Shown: piece after piece, positions 9,276-18,153 of the stretch | Layout of the letters: each line of letters starts with the position of its first letter | Numbering within the stretch: position 1 is the stretch's first letter | Assembly: GCA_024228495.1 (NCBI GenBank) | Contig: JAAETJ010000391.1 | Span: forward strand, 2,491 to 66,490 | Length of the DNA: 64,000 bases | Reading direction: 5' to 3' | Source: a bacterium | Lineage (GTDB): Bacteria > Pseudomonadota > Alphaproteobacteria > Rhizobiales > JAKIUO01 | The notes under the pieces: model-generated | Seen by the model: only the letters and a program-made list of their open reading frames with translations | What the model was told of the DNA's origin: nothing | The model's database searches: none | Program-made: the position numbers and the translations under genes

Positions 9276-9374
9276 TCCAGGCATCCCTCTCAAATTGTAT
9301 GCAATTGGGGGCTGGACAGGCAATCCCATACTTCTCTATATCAAAGGCGAGAAATGCATTATAACTGATGCAAC

Positions 9375-10457
9375 GTGGTGAATTCTATCAAACAGTATTC
9401 ATCCCATATTGTTCAAGGAAAAAAGGGAGATCAGGCTTTGGGTGTTGTCGTTTCATTAGATAAGGCACGCGGTTCCGGCCCTGGTCTAAAACCTCTGTTT
9501 GACCTGGTTGAAAGCGATATGGGGAGGCTCAATGACCTCATTTTAAGCAAGGCTCATTCTCATGTAGAAATGATCCCCAAACTGGCGCGTCATCTCATCA
9601 ATTCGGGCGGAAAACGCCTGCGTCCCATCCTCACTATCGCTGCCGCGCAAATGTGTGGCTACGAGACTGGTAATGACCACATTCCCCTTGCTGCCGCTGT
9701 CGAGTTCATGCACACCGCTACCCTGTTGCACGATGATGTCGTGGATGAAAGCGATATGCGCCGGGGCCGCGCCACCGCACGCATATTATGGGGCAATGAA
9801 GCCAGCGTACTGGTTGGCGACTATCTGCTGGGACAGGCCTTTAAAATGCAGGTGGATGTGGGCATCATTGATGCCTTGTCGATCCTTGCCAATGCCGCCG
9901 CCATCATCGCCGAAGGCGAAGTCATGCAACTGGCAGCCGCCAAAAACATGGAAACCACCGAAGATGAATATCTGACCATTATCCAATCCAAAACCGCCGC
10001 CCTGTTCGCGGCCGCCTGCGAACTGGGTGCTGTGGTCGCCAATAAATCAGAACGCGAGCGCGCCGCTCTTCGCTCTTACGGCAATAATCTGGGCCTTGCG
10101 TTCCAGCTCGTAGACGATGCCCTTGACTATTCCGGCTCCAGCGAATTGCTGGGCAAAAATATCGGTGATGATTTCCACGAGGGTAAAATCACCCTGCCCA
10201 TCGTGCTTTCTTATCGGCGTGGCAGCGAGGATGAGCAAAAATTCTGGAAACGCACTCTAACGAAAGGCGACGTGCAGGACGGCGATCTGGAACAAGCCGC
10301 CGAGCTGATGAAAAAGCACAATGCCCTCACCGACACCATCAAACGCGCCCAACACTATGGCAACATCGCCAAAGACGCCATGGCGATTTTCCCAGATAGC
10401 AAACACAAATCCGCCCTTGTTGAGACCATCAGTTTTTGCGTCTCGCGCACGCATTAA
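9375..10457 (+). CDS. ispB: Polyprenyl (octaprenyl-type) diphosphate synthase
   Basis: First and second Asp-rich motifs LLHDDVVDESDMRRGR and FQLVDDALDY. The more likely start is TTG 9438, 7 nt after GGGAGA. Confidence 0.9.
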   Translation: MVNSIKQYSSHIVQGKKGDQALGVVVSLDKARGSGPGLKPLFDLVESDMGRLNDLILSKAHSHVEMIPKLARHLINSGGKRLRPILTIAAAQMCGYETGNDHIPLAAAVEFMHTATLLHDDVVDESDMRRGRATARILWGNEASVLVGDYLLGQAFKMQVDVGIIDALSILANAAAIIAEGEVMQLAAAKNMETTEDEYLTIIQSKTAALFAAACELGAVVANKSERERAALRSYGNNLGLAFQLVDDALDYSGSSELLGKNIGDDFHEGKITLPIVLSYRRGSEDEQKFWKRTLTKGDVQDGDLEQAAELMKKHNALTDTIKRAQHYGNIAKDAMAIFPDSKHKSALVETISFCVSRTH

Positions 10458-10669
10458 ACCGCAGCGAGGAAGAGGAAATACGCTCACCGCGCGCTCAGTG
10501 GGAGACAGTGGATGGTTCCCTGCACCTCATTATTGAAGATGTTTGAAATTGATGGAAGAGCTGCACACCCTTTATTACCCTACAATCAATTGGGATAATT
10601 GAGGAAGGAGAAATGAATCGCTTGTGATGCTTTCTCAATCATACGAGTTGCAACAAGTGCAGGAATAAA

Positions 10670-11210
10670 GGGATCCCCGCCCCAGGGGCGGTGTATTGAG
10701 CCTGGAACAACCGCAAGTATCTATCTTCGTGTAATTGCTTGTCTTGGCCTTGATTCTTTACGTACCTACCGCTTCAAGTAATCAGCATTGAACAGCCCTG
10801 CTTCCGTACCGTAGAAGCAAAATACCCATCGGTCCAAAATTCTCCACCCCATAACTGTTTCTTCATATGCGGTCATCGCTTGAAAATCTCCCGCGATGTA
10901 ATACTCTTCACCATCGTAACAATCTTTGTCACCGAGTATGTCGGAACCGACTGGATCATAAAATGAACGTGATCCTCATCCGTCCCAATCTCTGAAAACT
11001 TCACTTGATAACGCTTCTCTAACTCTAAACATACACCCCGTAACTCCATATCGACGCACTCACCAAATACAGCACGGCGATATTTTGCAGGAAATACCAT
11101 GTGATAAATCAGAACCGTAACATTATGACTTTTATCGATATAGGTGCTCACGCACCTGTACTACGCCACAAGGGGCAGGGAATACAAACCCCAGAGATTC
11201 AAACGCAACG
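10670..11210 (-). mobile_element. IS200/IS605-family element remnant (borders approximate)
   Basis: Contains the disrupted Y1-transposase gene. GC-rich hairpin CCGCCCC-A-GGGGCGG at 10677-10691 lies on the tnpA-distal side, as expected for an IS200 end structure. Confidence 0.55.
10774..11151 (-). pseudogene. tnpA: IS200-family Y1 transposase TnpA, disrupted
   Basis: HNVTVLIYHMVFPAKYRRAVF...DEDHVHFMIQSVPTYSV...SREIFKR then TGA (10873-10875). The same frame continues PHMKKQLWGGEFWTDGYFASTV. Intact relatives have Cys at the stop position as far as I recall. The tail after ASTV diverges, suggesting a further frameshift. Confidence 0.8.
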
Positions 11211-11354
11211 GAATCACCTATGCGCTATTGTTTCCCCGTTTCAACTCCCAAACGCAACATCTGCTTTTTGATGGAATATGCTTTTGATTCACCGGTTTGG
11301 TAGGTGGGGTCAAGGGTCTTGTCGCGCATTACTATGCAAGCGATTTTCGGCCTT

Positions 11355-12365
11355 CTACCTCAACATTGTCGCGGCCACCCACCAATCGGGGTGATCCGCG
11401 CGAATTTTTAGCGCGGCCTGCTCTGCACGATCCTTGCTATCATAGAGGCCAAAGCAAGTTGCGCCAGAACCGGACATACGCGCCACGCGGCAACTACCAT
11501 CTTTGCCAATGACCTCTAGTACATCGGCGATAACAGGGGCAAGGCGTATGGCAGGTTCCTGCAAATCATTGCGCTGGGTCCGCAACCAGCCGATAATCGT
11601 CAGCGGTTCAATATCCTTCATCCGTCTGAAAACGTCACAGTCTTCTTGGCTTGGCAAACCCTCCATGAAAAATTTGCCAATATCAATCTCATCGGAGAGT
11701 TCAGATGGCAAGGGGGCGGCGGCAAGCTCTTTAAATACCATGGGTGTACTAACACGAACGCCTGGGTTCACAAGCACGCAAGGCAGCGGCTGAAATTCTG
11801 TGGCCGGTTCGAATATACCGCCCGTTCCCGAAATATTCTTGGCTGTTGGTGATAAGCACATGGCCACATCGGCACCCAGACCCTCCGCCATTTCACGAAG
11901 GTCATATTCATCAACATAAGAGGAAAATTCCTGCAACGCTTTTAGCGTCGCGGCGGCATCAGAGGACCCACCACCAATACCGGCGGCTATGGGCAGTTTT
12001 TTTTCAAGCAGAATCTCTCCACCACAACAGCCTTCGAATTGTTTTTGAAAAAGCCGTGCGGCCTGCACAACAAGATTGTGTTGCGAACTGTCACAAGCAT
12101 CATCTAAATCCGCTGCAAAGGGACCCGTTATTTCCAGCGACCAACCTTGACCTGAACCCGTCACCTCTGGATGCCCTTCTTGCCGGAAATGCAGCTTATC
12201 GGCGACATCTGCGAACGCCACGAGCCCAGTGAGCTCATGATAGCCATCAGTTCGGCGCCCCTTAATATGTAAACTGAGATTTACTTTGGCAGGAGCATTG
12301 ATATGAAACTGGTGATCCGAATTCTCGCCGTTGCGGTGGCCCTGCTCGGTGCGCGTAACTTTCAT
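11355..12365 (-). CDS. ispE: 4-diphosphocytidyl-2-C-methyl-D-erythritol kinase
   Basis: APAKVNLSLHIKGRRTDGYHEL N-terminal motif and GHMP ATP-binding motif PIAAGIGGGSSDAAA. At 336 codons it is longer than typical IspE. Confidence 0.9.
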   Translation of the reverse strand: MKVTRTEQGHRNGENSDHQFHINAPAKVNLSLHIKGRRTDGYHELTGLVAFADVADKLHFRQEGHPEVTGSGQGWSLEITGPFAADLDDACDSSQHNLVVQAARLFQKQFEGCCGGEILLEKKLPIAAGIGGGSSDAAATLKALQEFSSYVDEYDLREMAEGLGADVAMCLSPTAKNISGTGGIFEPATEFQPLPCVLVNPGVRVSTPMVFKELAAAPLPSELSDEIDIGKFFMEGLPSQEDCDVFRRMKDIEPLTIIGWLRTQRNDLQEPAIRLAPVIADVLEVIGKDGSCRVARMSGSGATCFGLYDSKDRAEQAALKIRADHPDWWVAATMLR

Positions 12366-12371
12366 CCTTGA

Positions 12372-14654
12372 TCAGTGCGACAGCAAGGGAGGAATGATCA
12401 GGCGCAAACCAGGTTTAATCTTGTTGCCTTTCAGCAATCGGCGCTGATTGGCTCGTAACAATTTTTGATGAAGCTGGCCTTTCCCATAATAGCGTTTCGA
12501 AATGGTCCATAGACTTTCACCGCTGCGCACCACATGTACACGACGTTCGCCGATGCTCTTGCCAGGCCCCGTGTCCTGATCGTTTTGTGAGGCAATGGCC
12601 TTCTTCAGCTTGCCAATACTACCGGGACCAAAGGCCAGTGTCTTCGCCGGTTCTACCTTTTTCATCCCACCCTTGATCTTCGCCTTGATCTTGATGATAT
12701 CCTTCGCATCAGGTTCCAGGGTCAAGGACTGCGCCCATTGGAACTGCGCTTCCAACTTGCGCCCAACGCGCCAATAGGCATCCCCCAGATGATCATTGAT
12801 AACGGGATCATCTGGCTTTAATTCAACGGCACGCTCCAGTTCTTGCGAAGCCTTTTTGTAGTTGCCGAGACGAAAGTGCGCCCAACCCAGGCTATCAACA
12901 AAATAACCATCGTCAGGTTTCAACTCAACAGCGCGGCGAATAAAGCCCATTGCCTTATTGAGATGGAAGCCTTGGTCAACCCAGGAATAACCCAGATAGT
13001 TGAGCACTAGCGCCTGATCAGGGTCCAGCTTGCGCGCTTGCAGCAGATCTTTTTCGGCACTTGACCAATCCTTTAAGCGTTCGAAACAAACACCGCGGGA
13101 ATAGTAATATTTCCAGTGAAATTTAGCTGGTTTTTGCAGCAGATCGATCGCCTTGGTATAATAGACAACGGCTTCGCTATAGCGCTTGTGAGCGCGCAAA
13201 ATATTACCCTGAGCCTCGGCAGCCGTGATGTCATTTGGATAAAGTGCAATCAACTCGTCAAGTGTGGCCTTTGCTTCATCAACTTGTTTCAAAGAGTTGA
13301 GGTTGAAGGCGCGGCGCACCGTGGCTCCAGGCCATAAAGGGCTGTCCTTGCCGATTTTGTCATAGATGCGGTTGGCCTGCTCAAAGTGCTTGGTCTCTTC
13401 ATATGCCTCAGCCAGTGCCATGCTGGCAAGCGGCAGATCGGGGCGCAGTCTCAATCCAGCTTGCAGGTAAATCATGCCCAAATCAACACCGCCATCACCA
13501 GTCAGCGCATCGCCTATACCATAATAAAGTTCGGCCAGACCATTGGTAGGGGTCGACGCTATCAGTTCAAGTTTCTCACCCGATTTCACTTTGACCTGCA
13601 GATCAACTACAAGCGGATGCCCGCCATTGCGCTCAATATGCTTGGCTATCAATCGAAGGGCGACTTTGGTCGCACCGGTTGCCGAGAGATGGCGCACGTA
13701 GCTTTCCATCAAGCGCAGAGATCTGGGATCTTTTTTAAACATTCTTTGATAGATCTTGCGGGCCAGCGAGTGGCGTCCGGCCTGATCGGCGATCATGGCG
13801 CGGTGATAGTCCTGGTAAAATTTCGACCAGTTCATGACATCAAGGCGTTTGATCGCATCAAGCGCTTGCTGGCTTTCACCCTTTGCCTGATGCAACCAGG
13901 CCTCGACAATAATGCCAATCATCTTGCCAAGGGGCGATCTTTGCTCAGAACGCGAAAACTGGTTTTCAGCCTGGGAAAAATCCTTGTTGACAACCGCTTG
14001 CAGCCCGAGCACCATCCGTGAAAAGCGGTGCTTCTCACCTTTTTTTATGATCTCTTTGGCGAGCCTCGTGCTCTTTTCCCAATTGCCACGGGCAAGTTCG
14101 AGCACAAATGTCTGCTCAAGCAATATATCACTGCCAGGATCAGCATGAAGAGCCAAACCAAAATATTTGGCGGCAGCATCATGGTCGCGCAAACCGCGCG
14201 CCACACGTCCGGCGAGATAATTGCCGAGCAGATTATCATTGGCACCTTGAGTGCGCTTAACAATACGATGCTCTGAGCGCACTCCATATTGATTTTTTAT
14301 GACATCGGGTTTCATGACCTTTTGCGTGTCATCATTTTTGGCTGGCGCTTTGGCTGGCTTATCGACAACGGGTACATATCCAGGTGGCGGAACATTGTCT
14401 GGGACCACGGCAGGGGGCGGAATCTCCACGGGAGGTGTATATCCAGGAGGTGGTACGTTATCAGGAACAAGGGACGGTGTAGCAGCTGCAGGGGCGGTCA
14501 TGGTAGCAGGCGTGGGCGTTTTAACCTGTGCCAGTGCTTCCTGCGCAAACGCATTTGCGCCTGGACCAAAGCATAAAACGACCCCCGTCAGGCTCGCCCG
14601 AAAGAAGGGTCCGAAAGGGAAAATTGATCGAAAACCACTCTTGAGAATTTTCAT
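12372..14654 (-). CDS. Secreted TPR-repeat protein with C-terminal LysM domain
   Basis: Signal peptide MKILKSGFRS...ANAFA (ATG 14654, SD TAAGG). Many TPR-like repeats (AxxYYxKAI, GNYKKA, AxxxLERAVELKPDD). C-terminal HVVRSGESLWTISKRYYG...IKPGLRLIIP is a LysM pattern. Confidence 0.8.
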   Translation of the reverse strand: MKILKSGFRSIFPFGPFFRASLTGVVLCFGPGANAFAQEALAQVKTPTPATMTAPAAATPSLVPDNVPPPGYTPPVEIPPPAVVPDNVPPPGYVPVVDKPAKAPAKNDDTQKVMKPDVIKNQYGVRSEHRIVKRTQGANDNLLGNYLAGRVARGLRDHDAAAKYFGLALHADPGSDILLEQTFVLELARGNWEKSTRLAKEIIKKGEKHRFSRMVLGLQAVVNKDFSQAENQFSRSEQRSPLGKMIGIIVEAWLHQAKGESQQALDAIKRLDVMNWSKFYQDYHRAMIADQAGRHSLARKIYQRMFKKDPRSLRLMESYVRHLSATGATKVALRLIAKHIERNGGHPLVVDLQVKVKSGEKLELIASTPTNGLAELYYGIGDALTGDGGVDLGMIYLQAGLRLRPDLPLASMALAEAYEETKHFEQANRIYDKIGKDSPLWPGATVRRAFNLNSLKQVDEAKATLDELIALYPNDITAAEAQGNILRAHKRYSEAVVYYTKAIDLLQKPAKFHWKYYYSRGVCFERLKDWSSAEKDLLQARKLDPDQALVLNYLGYSWVDQGFHLNKAMGFIRRAVELKPDDGYFVDSLGWAHFRLGNYKKASQELERAVELKPDDPVINDHLGDAYWRVGRKLEAQFQWAQSLTLEPDAKDIIKIKAKIKGGMKKVEPAKTLAFGPGSIGKLKKAIASQNDQDTGPGKSIGERRVHVVRSGESLWTISKRYYGKGQLHQKLLRANQRRLLKGNKIKPGLRLIIPPLLSH

Positions 14655-15188
14655 CCTTATCCTGCATCCTGTCATGCGGCTTGTCCCTAGATTAAAAGAT
14701 CACCGCAAATATTTGCCAATATTCTATCTGAAAGCAAAGACGCTGGTCCTTTGTGCCCAAGATTGCAAGCATCCTATCAGTTCAGATCATCTGTTTCTTA
14801 CGCTACGCTTCAAATAGGTTAATAGCGCCCCAGCCTTCAATACAGGTCTTCATTTTGGGACCGTTTACGCGTATAAACGACGATCCTGTAATGTTTTTTG
14901 GTCCTACTCGTGTATTCTACACTTTATTATTTGCACTTTTTTGCGCATGAAAACTATCACAAGCACTTAAAAACTACCATCATTTTCCTTGCCTGGGCAA
15001 GTTGTTGCTGCTCGCGGTGCCAAGCGAACCCTACATATCCACATAAGTGGGGCCACCAGATGGCGGCATTGGTTAAAACAAGACGCCAATCGGGTCTTTG
15101 ATGCCACACATATGGCGATCTGAACAAATCTTACGCGAGGCAGCAAAAACCTGTTCATTACGGATAAAAACTTCTATTATTTGACGCA

Positions 15189-16070
15189 ATGAACAAAGCG
15201 ACGGATCATAAACAGCTAGCGACCATTCTTCAATGGTACTATATGAGCGGTGTCGATGTGATCATCGCCGACCAGCCAACCGACTGGTTTGAGATCAGCA
15301 AACACCCAGCCGCGCCAGCTTCAATAGCCAGGCAAGCGCCAAGCAACCCGCCTCGCGCTTCTTCGCCAACAGTCCCCAAAAGAGAAGTGCCTGCAAAGGG
15401 GGCCAAAACCGCTCCAAAAATTGCCCGAGCAAACCATTCACTTGCGGCCCCCAAAACCGAACTGGCCGTACTTGAAGCGCGCGAACTATCCGCCAAGGCC
15501 AACACCATTGAGGAGCTGCAAACGGCTCTTCGTCAATTTGATGGTTGTTCCTTGAGAAACATGGCCAAGAACACCTGTTTTGCCGATGGTAATCCGCGAA
15601 GCTCACTCATGTTGATCGGCGATGCGCCCGGGCGCGACGAAGATCTGGCGGGACGTCCGTTTGTTGGCCGCGATGGTCAACTGCTCGACAAGATGCTGCA
15701 AGCTGCCAAACTTTGTCGCCACAAAGATGTGTGGATCACCAACACGGTGTTCTGGCGCCCCCCTGGCAACCGCACGCCCACACAAGCGGAAACCGATATT
15801 TGCCGTCCATTCCTTGAACGCCAGATCGAGCTCATAAAGCCACAGATCATTGTGGCGCTTGGCGGCACCTCTGCCAAAACCTTACTGCGAACCAGGAGCG
15901 GTATCATGCGACTACGCGGCAAGTGGGTTGAGCTCGATATCAATGGAGAGAGCTACCAATTGCTGCCAATCTTGCACCCCTCCTATCTGTTGCGCACCCC
16001 GGCGGCCAAAAAGCTCGCCTGGCAAGATCTGTTGATGATCAAGGAAAAACTACAGGTGAAACAGAACTGA
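15189..16070 (+). CDS. Family-4-type uracil-DNA glycosylase with about 120-residue N-terminal extension
   Basis: [28 protein letters not shown] (motif A) and ILHPSYLLR (motif B). The N-terminal part is Pro/Ala-rich. Confidence 0.85.
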   Translation: MNKATDHKQLATILQWYYMSGVDVIIADQPTDWFEISKHPAAPASIARQAPSNPPRASSPTVPKREVPAKGAKTAPKIARANHSLAAPKTELAVLEARELSAKANTIEELQTALRQFDGCSLRNMAKNTCFADGNPRSSLMLIGDAPGRDEDLAGRPFVGRDGQLLDKMLQAAKLCRHKDVWITNTVFWRPPGNRTPTQAETDICRPFLERQIELIKPQIIVALGGTSAKTLLRTRSGIMRLRGKWVELDINGESYQLLPILHPSYLLRTPAAKKLAWQDLLMIKEKLQVKQN

Positions 16071-16199
16071 TAAGAGGCTCCAAACCGGACAAACAAATCG
16101 AGCTACTTGTTTGGGACTGAATTGATCAAAACACATGACAACAAACCGTGCAGCCGCTATATGTTGATCAAATCCCTAACAACTGCCCGAGGAAATATC

Positions 16200-16748
16200 A
16201 TGCCCCCCGTTGAAAACATATCTCGTATCGACAAAACCAAAAACTTCCAACCACTTAACATCGCCATCTTGACGATCTCCGACACTCGAACGCCTGGAGA
16301 TGATCGCTCCGGCGACCGGCTGGAGAAAATGCTCAAAGACGCCGGACACAATTGCGTTTCGCGTCAGATCATCAAAGATGAAATTCCGTTTATTCGAGAG
16401 GCCGTGCAAAACCATATTGATGCAGAGGGAACCGACGTGGTGATCACCACAGGCGGCACCGGCCTCACCGGCCGCGATGTCACGGTGGAAGCCATCAAGC
16501 CGCTCTATGACAAGGAAATCGAAGGCTTTGCCGTGCTCATGCATATGCTGAGCTATCAAACCGTCGGCACCTCAACCATGGCATCACGCGCCTGCGCCGG
16601 CCTTGCCAAAGGCACGATGCTTTTCACCCTACCCGGCTCACCTGGTGCCTGCAAGGATGCCTGGAACGGCATTTTGCTCACCCAACTCGACAAACGTCAC
16701 AAACCTTGCAACCTCGTCACCCTGATGCCCCGCTTTTTGGAAAGCTAG
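16200..16748 (+). CDS. moaB: Molybdenum cofactor biosynthesis protein B (MoaB/MogA family)
   Basis: ILTISDTR...DRSGD and [13 protein letters not shown] motifs. ATG 16200 chosen. Confidence 0.85.
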   Translation: MPPVENISRIDKTKNFQPLNIAILTISDTRTPGDDRSGDRLEKMLKDAGHNCVSRQIIKDEIPFIREAVQNHIDAEGTDVVITTGGTGLTGRDVTVEAIKPLYDKEIEGFAVLMHMLSYQTVGTSTMASRACAGLAKGTMLFTLPGSPGACKDAWNGILLTQLDKRHKPCNLVTLMPRFLES

Positions 16749-17314
16749 AGGTCCACGCCGGTGTCCACATCATTGAGCTCATCCACATAGCCAACCGAGC
16801 TACCAGCAAGATTTTGAAGCGTATCATTGAGCGCATGCGAGCTCGACCAACGTACGTTGTCAAATGATTTGGTGACCCTTGGGCAGCGGCTCTGACCGAC
16901 CAGCCAGTAGCCGCCATCTTGTGCCGGACCAAAGACATGGTCATATCCTTTCAAAATATGAAAGGCGCGCGCGATCATCGCGGGGGTAATGCCTGGAATA
17001 TCAGCACCTATTATTATCAAGGGACCACGACCACAAGTGTCGAACAAGCGCTGCATGCGCACACCAAGTCCACCTCCACCTTGCCCGATGACCTTATCAA
17101 CGGGAACACGAACCGGGGAGCGATCATGATCAGGAGCACGCGAAAGGACCAATTTCCAGCCGGGATGATTTGCGAGCGTGCAGCAGGTTGCGACCAGTTG
17201 ATGGCGATAGAAACGAAGGGCTTCGCTCACACCAATATCGGCGGCAAGGCGTGTCTTGACCCGCCCGGCTGATGGCGTTTTGGCCATTATGACAAGCGTG
17301 TTACGAAGCGGCAT
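16745..17314 (-). CDS. DUF2064 / TIGR04282-type nucleotidyl- or glycosyl-transferase-like protein
   Basis: LVIMAKTPSAGRVKTRLA N-terminal signature and IGADIPGITP. Start uncertain (17314, 17326 or further upstream). Overlaps the upstream GT2 gene. Confidence 0.78.
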   Translation of the reverse strand: MPLRNTLVIMAKTPSAGRVKTRLAADIGVSEALRFYRHQLVATCCTLANHPGWKLVLSRAPDHDRSPVRVPVDKVIGQGGGGLGVRMQRLFDTCGRGPLIIIGADIPGITPAMIARAFHILKGYDHVFGPAQDGGYWLVGQSRCPRVTKSFDNVRWSSSHALNDTLQNLAGSSVGYVDELNDVDTGVDL

Positions 17315-18035
17315 TAGAGCCCTCATTTGATGTCGTACGGCAACCATCTTGATCATAGCGTCTGGCAATTTTATATGGCGCAACACCCGCATAATAGAGC
17401 GCAAGGCAATACAGATTGCAGGCGATGCGGCGCACATAGCCCTTGTCTTTAAAGCGCCCAGCACTGGTCACAGCCTTGCTAGGTAATAAATAAATGTGCT
17501 TGCCGCCGATGCGGTGCACAAACTCGACATCTTCCATCAATGGCAGTTCAGAAAAACCACCAAGCTGTTCATAATAGTCCTTCTCGATCAACAAGCCCTG
17601 ATCGCCATACGGGAGCTTGAACAAACGACATCGCAAGCCAACCAAAGCTTCGAGCAGGCGCGGTCTGATGCCAGCATCATCAAGGGCAAACCGAAAGGCT
17701 GCCGCAGCCTTTCGTTGATTTGTATGGCGGGTGATAAATTGTTCTGCGTCCTTGCTCCAGCCTGGTTCCAGCCTGGTATCGGCGTGCAGAAACAATAGCC
17801 ACGGCCCTCGCGCTTGCGTACCGCCTTTAGCCAGTTGATGCCCTCGTCCCTTTGTACAAGATATGACCCTGGTTCCGGCATCATCGCCAATTTGTAAGGT
17901 CGCGTCACAAGACCCGCCATCCACCAGCAGCACTTCGCGCACAATCCCCTCGACCGTGGCCGGCACAAGGGCACTCAAGGTTAAACCAAGCGATCGTTCG
18001 GCATCAAGGGTTGGTATAATAACGGAAATCATCAA
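17301..18035 (-). CDS. Family 2 glycosyltransferase (TIGR04283-like partner of DUF2064)
   Basis: ISVIIPTLDAE start, VDGGSCD, LFLHADT: a GT-A fold DxD-type pattern. Confidence 0.8.
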   Translation of the reverse strand: MMISVIIPTLDAERSLGLTLSALVPATVEGIVREVLLVDGGSCDATLQIGDDAGTRVISCTKGRGHQLAKGGTQARGPWLLFLHADTRLEPGWSKDAEQFITRHTNQRKAAAAFRFALDDAGIRPRLLEALVGLRCRLFKLPYGDQGLLIEKDYYEQLGGFSELPLMEDVEFVHRIGGKHIYLLPSKAVTSAGRFKDKGYVRRIACNLYCLALYYAGVAPYKIARRYDQDGCRTTSNEGSNAAS

Positions 18036-18153
18036 ACCGGACTAACATACAAGAACCGCCGGCTCAAGTCGGACAATTTTACCGAGCATATTAAGAGAAA
18101 ATCTGTATAACTGATATTCAGCACCAAAAGACTGGCTCTGACAGGAATCAACA

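Noticed and set aside
10873-10875. In-frame TGA in IS200 tnpA as selenocysteine or programmed read-through
   Set aside because: I see no SECIS-like hairpin immediately downstream, and the distal part of the gene is also degraded. A simple nonsense mutation at a Cys codon is more parsimonious.
14299-14817. 172-codon Gly-rich ORF
   Set aside because: It is the antisense image of the Pro-rich N-terminal region of the TPR-LysM gene.
16071-16199. Possible Moco riboswitch upstream of moaB
   Set aside because: I could not find the conserved Moco-motif core. Only a weak AT-rich hairpin (CAAACAA-N10-TTGTTTG) is present.
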